Of a stretch of DNA of 60,433 nt, positions 51,305 to 60,433 are shown one piece after another. The first letter of the stretch is position 1; each line of letters starts with the position of its first letter. The stretch spans positions 54,761,008 through 54,821,440 of the forward strand of contig NC_068985.1 of NCBI RefSeq assembly GCF_001194135.2. The letters run 5' to 3'. This stretch comes from Octopus bimaculoides. Its lineage: Eukaryota. The notes below the pieces were generated by a model. It searched no databases. It was not told where the DNA came from and saw nothing but the letters and a program-made list of their open reading frames with translations. Position numbers and translations under genes: made by a program.

Positions 51305-52508
51305 TTGGTGCTGAGGTCTTTTCCTGGAGACAATGGATAACCATGTACACCCACTCCACTCAGTCATGGTTGGGTTGTCAGTGACTAAACTGGCTCCCTT
51401 CTTGGTTCATCTTGCTGGATGTTGGAGGAGGATGTGAGAGCACCTGTCAGAACTAAGAACAAGATATGTGCAAACAAGGATACAGGAGCGCTGTCCTTGT
51501 CCCTCACCACACCAAACTATGACCCCCAACAGTGGATCAAGCAGTGGAAGCTACATATCTGAACTCAATGATTGATCCTAGTGAAAAAGGGGGATGCCAG
51601 ACAGACTGGCTAGAAAGACATAACCCTAATGATATTGGAGCTACCGGCATTCCATTGCAACCCATCTGGACCTCACATGTCACTCTGGGTAGTACCGCGG
51701 CTGAAGGATTATGAACCATAGTGCGTGGGGACCTCCTTGGTAAGGAGATCTCCACCCTAAACAAACACCATTGGCTAGTTTGTTTTTGATTCAACTACTA
51801 CCCTCCCTCCCTTTTTTTTTTTACAAAAGCCCTATGGTGATGGAGTAAAGATAGTGGGAGCAGGTTTTGGTGAAACCAGAAGCTCCTAGTCCAGGCCTGC
51901 ATGTTGGCGGCAGATGTAAGATGATTGCCTTCCTGGGACCTGGTAACAACCCAGTGACTCAGTCCTACATCTGTGACTGGGCAGGCCTATTTGGAAACAC
52001 CACTGCTCACCCTGAATGGTGAAGGCCTGAGATATATATATATGAGTGACAGAGACAGTATTAATACTGAGAGGTAATATTTATGCCCGCTTAAACATTG
52101 ATGTTCTATAAGAACAAACTATACTTTGGTAGATATCACAATAGAAATTCATATTGGCTTTTGGTGCAAAATGCACTGTTGTTTATATTATTAGTGATAT
52201 AAATAAGAGTGCATTTTGCACCAAAAGCCAATATTAGAGTTTTTCTCATGGTATCTACCACAGTATAGTATGTTCCAACAGAACATCCATATTTAAGTGG
52301 GCATAAATTGATGCATATGTATGAGTGTAGATGTAAACATAAATAAAGGATGTGTGTGTGTTTGTGTGTATGCATAGACAATTATATTAATGTGTATGCT
52401 TAAATAATATTATGTGTCAGTAAAAAAAATCTAATTTATTTTTATATTTTTAACTGTAAAATGTTTTGAAGATTTCATTTGACTTTTATTTCATGACATA
52501 ACTTATGC

Positions 52509-54484
52509 ATGTGACCCAACTTTTCTTCTGATGTCACTTTGTCCATGTTTTTTGGTCTGATGTCTTTTTGTCTGATGATTTTTTTGTCCAATGACTTTTT
52601 GTCCAATTTTAAATAAACACTTTAGAAAACAAGGTGAAAATCAAAATCAAATAATCATTAAGAATTTTATTGATAGGATTCAAGTAAAATACTGTGGAAA
52701 AATGTATTTAAAAAAAGCCATTTTAAAAAAGTAATAAGATATAACTAATGATTTATTAGGATCACTTAAAATTGATGCAAATTATATGCCACACTCTTCA
52801 AAAAATCAATTTTTCTTGTTGGCCCATATTCAGTGAGCAATATTTTGAGGCATTCCGTTATTCTTCGATATTGTGTACATGAATTTGATGGATCTCCTCG
52901 AAAAATATGAGTCATTTTACCTTGAACAAACCTTTCCGCTTCCTTCAGAGTTTTGATTAATTTCCATATGTTCAAATGTGCTCCACCTGCTGAAAGCTTT
53001 ATTGTGAAATGAAACCCCTCCACAGCATTATTTGTTCTGGGAAGATCTTGAAGAATATGCTGATTAACATTACATACAACTATCAGGAATGTTGGTGGTT
53101 CTCTCTTTCGTCTAACATCACATCCTCACACAACACCTATGTAAGTCAAGTCGAAGTAAGTGACAAATTCAGCAGGTATTTCTTCATCGTTTACTAATTC
53201 TTCATAGGCCTCTTCGACATCTTGAATGGTTAGTAAGGCTAATGCTGAAAAACATCTGAATTTTAAGACAGAATTCAGAGACTTTATGGTATTTTTGTTT
53301 TTGAGGCCTAAATCTGTAATTTTTCAAAATACTGATTGGCTTAAATGAAACAAACATGTCACGGTAGATGAGTTGAGGAATGATAAATTAAATGCCTTAT
53401 GAACTGCAACTTTGAAATCTGTCATGAGATCACATGGATATGCATTAGGTTGCATAATTTTCAATTGCTCGAACAATAATTTGTATGTCTGCTTTGTTTT
53501 ATTCGGCAGTAATGCAAAGACCCGTGGAAAACTGCTACCTTTAACTTGTACATGAATGTTAAACAGTTGAAACCACTGTTCTGGCACAATTTTGAACGTT
53601 CCATCACATACCCTCTGTTGATATGATGCTATATCCTGAAGAGCACTTTCTGATGCGCTGTTGATCCTCGATATCTGAATCGTATCTCAGAAACTGTTTG
53701 TCATTGTCAAGTTTACCATATTCTTCAGGTATTTCAAAACCAGTTCTAGCCCCTGGATTAGCAGGAAATCCAGAATTTTTTTGTCGACACCTTTGAATAG
53801 TCCTTGAAAGCACAGGCAAATGAGGAAGTTGAGATCAAGTATTTTCTATTAGCTGCATAAGCATAGCTGTTTTTATGCTGTGCAATCGTGCTGCTATGTT
53901 TCCATCGTTTCATGCTTTATTTCTGCAGTTGCTTTTCTAGCATTTAATGAATTCTACATCAGCTAGATGAAGGTGCTCACTAGAAAAATAAATAATTTTC
54001 GACTCATTGTTTTTTGTTACTGTATGAATTCACACTGAACACAGCCTTCTTTTCTCACATCTCCAGTATTCTTTTCCTAGTTTTGTATTGCTTGAATGAA
54101 AATTGTACATGTAATTACTTTCATCAACTACTTTTCTTTTGTTTTGGGTCAAAACTATGAACTTTGTCATTTTGGGATAGGTAAATTAAAAATGTGTACA
54201 CTAAATTTACAGCACTCTCTATACACAGCACCATACTTAAGAAAGAGAAGGAAAAAGAGAAAGTAAAATTATTAACAGAGGAGGAAAAAGAATGATAATA
54301 ACAATCCTATAACGAGGCTCGTTATAGTTCTGTGAATATATCATTAGAGATATTTCCCCTTGTTTTCTAAAGAGTTTATTTAAAATTGCACAAAAAGTCA
54401 TTGGACAAAAAAAATCATCGGACAAAAAGATGTGGACGAAAAGACGTTTGACGAAGTGATGTCGGACCAAAAGACATTTTACAT
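52509..54484 (-). mobile_element. Mutator-like (MULE, Phantom-type FLYWCH) DNA transposon with ~125-bp internally repetitive TIRs
   Basis: TIRs ~52509-52634 and ~54358-54484 are reverse complements (…gtccaatgactttttgt.caattttaaataaac.ctttagaaaacaagg). TSD not resolved. Confidence 0.88.
52766..54170 (-). pseudogene. FLYWCH-MULE transposase pseudogene
   Basis: ATG 54170; YWRCEKRRLCSV*IHT...EHLH (FLYWCH finger), CDGTFKIVP, MTDFK, CLFHLSQ and NAVEGFH motifs; several stops and frameshifts. Confidence 0.88.
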
Positions 54485-55699
54485 ACCATGCTCACCAGCT
54501 AATTATGAATGGTTAAAACGCATTTAATATGTCATTCTTTTCAGATAATGAGTTCATTAATGCTGTTTAAGAATGTTGTGATGTAAATAGATGAACCAAG
54601 TCTCTGTCATTTAATTCTTCATTAAATATTTCTATTAAAAACCTATCATTATATGTTGAAATATCTTTCATTTCAATTTGCATTCTGAAAAGAATTACAA
54701 ATACATTCATATATTTAGATGACCCAAAGTAAAAATGTTTTCATTAAATTAACTCTAACAATGGTTTTCGTTTGAGCAAAATCTACTCCCAAGTCAATAA
54801 CATATGCGACATTTTTTATTCTGTTAATAATTTTATGACACCTGTGAGGCAGGGACCCAATCAGATACTATAGTGAAAAATGGGGAATTATTTTCACTGT
54901 CTCTTGGTGCAGGTGTGGCTATGTGGTTGAAAAGTTTTCTTCCCAACCACATAGTTTCAGGTTCAGTCCTATTGCATGGTTCCTTGGGCTGTAAAGGAGC
55001 TATAAGCTGGAGCTGATCAAAGCCTTGGAAGTGGATTTTGTAGATGGAAAGTAAAAAGAGGCAATGATGTGTGTATGTGTCTATGTAAGCTAGTGAAGTC
55101 AGTTATGTAATTCTCATTCCCTTGTCAATTATTAATTAATGTTATGCTCTGTACTCAATGCTTTATTCTAAAGCATATGAGTATTGAGTGCTAACAATTG
55201 GTTATTAGCTTCACTATACCTAAGCTCTCTCTTTCTCTCTCTCTCTCCATCCATCCATCTATCCATTTATCTATCATACTCATGTCATCAAAAATGCTGA
55301 CAATTTTATTAATGATAGAAAATGATGCATGAAAACTACGGGAGAAAGCATTGGTAAATGTCAGCAGTCAAGTAAATATATGTACAAATGCAAAATTGAA
55401 GCATGTGAGCACATATGGTTATAATGTTTTGGGTGAATATATTATTGCCTACATAATATATACCTTGTGTTAGTACTAACCAAGTGATAATATATCTGTA
55501 ATGTGCTACTTAGTGATAGTACTAACCAAGTGATAATTAGCCAAATCCTTAGAACATTGAAAAAGAAAATGTCTTGCTGTATTTATTCTGGGTCTGTATT
55601 CTGAGTTTATATTATGTCTAGGTCAACTTTACCTTTTATTCTTTTGTGAGTTCATAGGATGGTGGAACTGTTGAAGATTCCTTGCGGTGGTTGTCCTGG

Positions 55700-56000
55700 C
55701 TTGTTGCATTCTGGCAGCAACACCTGTGATGACACTGGGGATAAGCTGTATTTGCCCAAGTAGGTGACTCACTTCTCTTCTTGCCACCAATAATTATCAA
55801 TGGCATGGAAAGAACACAATATGACCCTGCTTACTGTGTCCTCTTCACTAAGGATCTGGCTGGATTGACAGCTCATCTTGGTCGACTTCCTACCACATGG
55901 TCACAGCAGTCGAGGAGGTATCTTGTGGATATGGGGACCGACTGGGACTCTTCTCGATGGATCGCCTGTAAAAGCCCAGGAATATACAAACAAATAATGA
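55700..56000 (+). mobile_element. LINE (RTE-like) C-terminal remnant
   Basis: DPAYCVLF...GRLPTTWSQQ resembles the GRP..TW C-terminal motif of RTE-group ORFs. Confidence 0.4.
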
Positions 56001-57589
56001 ATGTAGAAATATGCTAGAATGTTGCATGCCCCACTTTGCCTGACCTGACCTGCATAGAGAGGGGAATCTTGTATGCACAGGTCACTGTTAGTCAAAAAGA
56101 TCTTACCCATCCTATACATATGCCAATATGGAGACCCACCTAATTTTATATTGAGAGATATTGTACAGTAGAAATCTGTTAAATCTAAGTTAGTTACAAT
56201 AACTACAGTTACTAACTATAAATTCCTCTTTTGGTATGACATCAGATAATCATAAAAACAAAATGCATTTTGTCAGTCCCATTGTTTTTAATAAAATAGT
56301 TCTATAAATTCTACTTTTATTGTCTTAACTTACCAGACTGGTTTTATGTGTACCAAACTGGTTTTGTGTGTATTATAGACAATCTAGAAATCCATTACCC
56401 CCCAAAATTATGATAATAATTGACAATTTTTCCAAAAAAGCTTTTGCTTTTTGTGAAATGCTTGCTGGTTGAAAATAGTTAATTATATGTTTTAATTAGT
56501 GTTGCTTGTCATATGATGGATAACTTTGAAAGTATACTTTTACCACTGTGAGTAATATTGGGAATTATAACATAAACACAATAAACATAATTTCACTTTA
56601 ATTACATTTTATGGGGCTTATACAAAATGATGAAATGAATACTAATTTTCGAAAAACACAAAAAAAAATTGTTACCTTAAAATGAAAATTCAATGAAATA
56701 AATTTCTCATTCATATTCATCCCATTACTATTCTATCATTTATCCTCTTACTTATTCCTACCATCATGCCTAGCATGTGCATTCATTCTGCATCCCTTAT
56801 GCTTACTCTCTCTATATCTCTTATATTTTCTCTCCCATTCTCTTTATATGATGTAAAGTGTGACTGAAGAAATCAACCAAACAGCATTTATATTGGTTAT
56901 TATATATAAAGATAAAACATTTTTTTGCTCTGATGTTCTTGGAGAAAATAAGTCCAACATTTCAGAGTAGGGTAATTCATGTTTCTTTTTTTAAATGTCC
57001 TTTCATTTGATTTTATTTCTTTATTTTTGGGATAAGATTGGTGTCTAGTTGAATTATTTTTCTATGAGACATTTTCCTATTTTAATGTTCTGGGGAAGCT
57101 CCCTGAAAGTTCACTTTTATAGTGATACATACTAATTTTTTTCTACAGAACTGGTTAAATGTTATTTTTATACTTCTTGGAAATTGATAATTTTGTATGT
57201 AACCAAAACTTTATATTTGGTAACTTCACATGAGGGTGGATAGGGGAAAACTATCTTCATAGTAGAATGAAGTTAATGGTAGCATATTCAGTTCATGTTA
57301 GTCATTGCTTTTTAATTTAGTGAGAGCTTTCAATTTTCTTACTTTCTTTCAGTGGTTGGAACTCTGGAATGGGACTGTTGATCTGTGTTTTTCTTTAAAT
57401 GAATTTTTTAATTCAGATGTGAGGCACATGTGTAGCTGTGTGATTAAGAAATTTACTACCCAACAACATGGTTTAGGGTTCACTGCTAGTGTGCGAGACC
57501 TTGGGCTCGTATTTTTCTATTGTAGCCCTGGGCTGAAAAAAGTCTTGTAAGTGTTTTGGCACACACAAATACTAAAACAATATATGTAT

Positions 57590-59920
57590 GTGGGGGAGAA
57601 ATGTTTTCGCATGGATGATGGTACACTTGCACTAAATGAAGCTGCAAGGAAAGAGGTTTGGAGACACCACTACGAAAGGTTGCTCAATAAAGAGAATGAA
57701 TGGGAGAAAGACAGTCTGCCGAATGTTGACCCAACAGAGGGACCAGCTATCCGAGTTGACAGTACCATGGTAGATAAAGCAATTAAGAGTATGAAGACAG
57801 GGAAAGCCCCCGGCCCTTCAGGAATCACTGCAGAGATGCTCAAAATATCTGGCAGTGTCAGCTATAGCCTAGTCACCCGTATTGTTAACCAGTTGATACA
57901 CGAAGGAGTCATACCCAATGACTGGTGTAGCAGCACCATCGTCAACTGCTACAAAAGTTAAGGTGATGCTTTAGATACAAATAATTACAGAGGTATCAAG
58001 TTGTTAGATCAAGTAATGAAAGTCACGGAGAGGGTCATAGCCCAACTAATTAGGGAGAGAGTCAGTTTAGATGAGATGTAGTTTGGGTTTGTGCCAGGGA
58101 AAAGCACCACTGATGCTATATTTCTGGTAAGCTGCAGGAGAAATACCTAGCCAAAGATAAACCTCTGTACCTGGCTTTCGTTGACATGGAGAAAGCCTTT
58201 GACAGGGTCCCCCGATCCCTTATCTGGTGGTCAATGAGGAAACTAGGGATAGAAGAATGGTTAGTGAGAGCTGTGCGAGCCATGTACAGAGACACTGTCA
58301 GTAAGGTGAGGGTTGGCAACGAGTACAGTGAAGAATTCCAGGTAGAGGTAGGGGTCCACCAAGGTTCAGTCCTCAGCCCCCTCCTATTTATCATAGTCCT
58401 TCAGATGATAACAGAGGAATTCAAGACAGGATGCCCCTGGGACCTCCTCTATGCTGATGACCTTGCACTAATTGCTGAGTCACTATCAGAACTAGAGAAG
58501 TTTCAGGTGTGGAAGCAAGGACTAGAATCGAAGGGCCTTAGAGTCAACCTAGATAAAACCAAAGTCCTAATAAGTAGGAAGGTAGACAAAAAAACAAACT
58601 CCTTCAGGTAGATGGCCCTGCTCGGTCTGTAGAAAAGGTGTAAGTAGAAACTCTATAAGATGTACCCAGTGCAAGCTATGGACACATAAGAGGTGCAGCA
58701 ATATCAAAGGAAAGTTAACTAGGAAGTTAGTTTTTGTATGTAGCAGATGTTCAGGAGCAATAAACACTGAAAATGTGCAGAAAACAACTTCTGCCACATT
58801 CCAAGGAGAGACTTAGTTGATAGCTTCTGCTATCTAGGTGACCAAGTTAGTTGTGGGGGAGGATGCGCTGAAAGTGTAGCTGCTAGAATAAGAATAGCCT
58901 GGGCAAAGTTCAGAGAGCTCTTACCTCTGCTGGTGACAAGGGGCCTCTCACTCAGAGTAAAAGGTAGACTGTGTGATGCATGTGTATGAACAGCCATGCT
59001 ACATGGCAGTGAAACATGGGCCGTGACTGTTGAAGACATACGTTGGCTTGCAAGGAATGAAGCCAGTATGCTCCGATGGATGTGTAATGTCAGTGTGCAT
59101 ACTAGACAGAATGTAAGTACCTTGAGAGAAAAGTTGAACCTAAGAAGCATCAGTTGTGGTGTGCAAGAGAGACGATTGCGCTAGTATGGTCATGTGGTGA
59201 GAATAGATGAGGATAGCTGTGTGAAAAAGTGCCACAGCCTAGCAATTGAGGGAACCTGTGGAAGAGGTAGGCCCAGGAAGACCTGAGATGAGGTGGTGAG
59301 GCAATGATTAGTGACTGAGACCTTTGGAAATATGCTGTGCTTGAGAAGACCCGGCAAGCCAAGTGAGACTATAGCCTGTGGCCTATGACAGTGGTGTAAC
59401 CAGCCCACTTATGTGTACCTTTCTTTCATTGGACACTAAACTCTGCTTGCAAAGACCTGTTGAGGTAAGTGAAATCGAAATCGAAAATCGATGATGTGGC
59501 CGATACAGCACCGCATGACTGGCATCCATGCTAGTGGAACGCTAAGAGCACCATTTGAGCGTGATCATTGCCAGTGTCACCCTACTGGCACTCGTGCCGG
59601 TGGCATGCGAAAAGCAACATTCGAGCAAGATTGTTGCCTGTGCTGTTGCACTGGCTCCTGTGCAGGTGGTACATAAAAATCACCATTTGAGCGTGGCCAC
59701 TGCCAGTACCGCCTGACTGGCCTTCGTGCCAGTGGCATGTAAAAGCATCCATTGCACTCTCGGAGTGGTGGGCATTAGGAAGGGCATCCAGCTGTAGAAA
59801 CTCTGCCAGATCAGATTGGAGCCTAGTGCAGCCATCTCGCTCGCCAGTCCTCAGTCAAATTGTCCAACCCATACCAGCATGGAAAGCAGATATTAAACGA
59901 TGATGATGATAATGATGATG
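57590..59920 (+). mobile_element. 5'-truncated RTE-clade LINE (~2.3 kb): RT, PHD finger, thumb, 3' UTR with tandem subrepeats, (GAT)n tail
   Basis: GKAPGPSGITAEMLK, AFVDMEKAFDRVP, GVHQGSVLSPLLF, LLYADDLALIA, FCYLGD, RRLR*YGHV, GRGRPRKT. Disabled by several stops and frameshifts. Confidence 0.96.
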
Positions 59921-59944
59921 TACATATATACATATAAATATATA

Positions 59945-60135
59945 TATATGTTTCTCCTTGTTTTTTCTCTCCTTTTTTTCTCTCCTTGTTTTTCTCTGTG
60001 TTCCTTTCTGTAGAAGAGTGTAGGCTCGAAACGTTAAAGACTTTTTCACTTCCCAAGCGTTATACTAATACATCTGTTTGTTTTCTACACCACTTGTCTT
60101 CGTCTTTTGTTTTTTTGTGAATTCTCCCCCTATAG
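59945..60135 (+). mobile_element. Penelope-type terminal-repeat fragment with hammerhead-like motif (second family)
   Basis: 60004-60039 folds as CTTT / CTGTAGA-A / GAGT-gtag-GCTC / GAAAC-GTT / AAAG. Confidence 0.5.
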
Positions 60136-60302
60136 ATATAAATATATATATATGTACATATAAACATATAAATATATATATGTACATATAAACATATAAA
60201 TATATATATGTACACATATACATATAAATATGTATATATATATATACATATGTATACATATTCATATATATGTATACATGTATGTGTATATATATATATG
60301 TG

Positions 60303-60336
<34 letters not shown>

Positions 60337-60433
60337 TACATGTATGTGTATATATATATATATGTATATATATATATGTGTATATATATATATATATACA
60401 TGTATGTGTATATATATATATATATGTATATAT
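60135..60433. repeat. (TA)-rich micro/minisatellite
   Basis: Read directly from sequence. Confidence 0.9.

Noticed and set aside
51300-52060. GC-richer non-repetitive-looking segment with short ORFs
   Set aside because: No recognisable motif, termini or splice pattern. Probably an old element I cannot classify, so left uncalled.
54545-54586. Candidate LIPE exon 5 after ttctttcag
   Set aside because: Stops after 13 codons with no donor and no HSL similarity. No exon 5 was found in the window.

Overview
AT-rich, microsatellite-dense eukaryotic draft-assembly DNA with four N gaps. The repeat families point to a coleoid cephalopod, very probably Octopus (recognition from memory, not a database match). 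One host gene is supported: the 5' half of hormone-sensitive lipase (LIPE/HSL) on the + strand. It has four coding exons (18865-19323, 36716-37090, 47857-48012, 48924-49001; 356 codons, all GT-AG phase-0 junctions), and the catalytic alpha/beta-hydrolase exons lie beyond the window. Nearly everything else is transposon-derived: a decayed mariner, a FLYWCH-MULE (Phantom-like) element, at least six RTE-clade LINE pieces, CR1-like and RLE-type LINE remnants, piggyBac-type MITEs, a probable Helitron, a foldback element and dozens of tRNA-derived SINE copies in three or four families. I cannot establish a wholly new biological system from sequence alone. The best leads are: (1) a palindromic non-autonomous element joining a tRNA-like head to a Penelope-type minimal hammerhead ribozyme, plus a second unrelated hammerhead-like family; (2) a canonical C4HC3 PHD finger inserted in the RTE reverse-transcriptase ORF; (3) several long dsRNA-forming structures inside LIPE introns; (4) a head-to-tail SINE array whose (ATT)n tail abuts the exon 3 splice acceptor.
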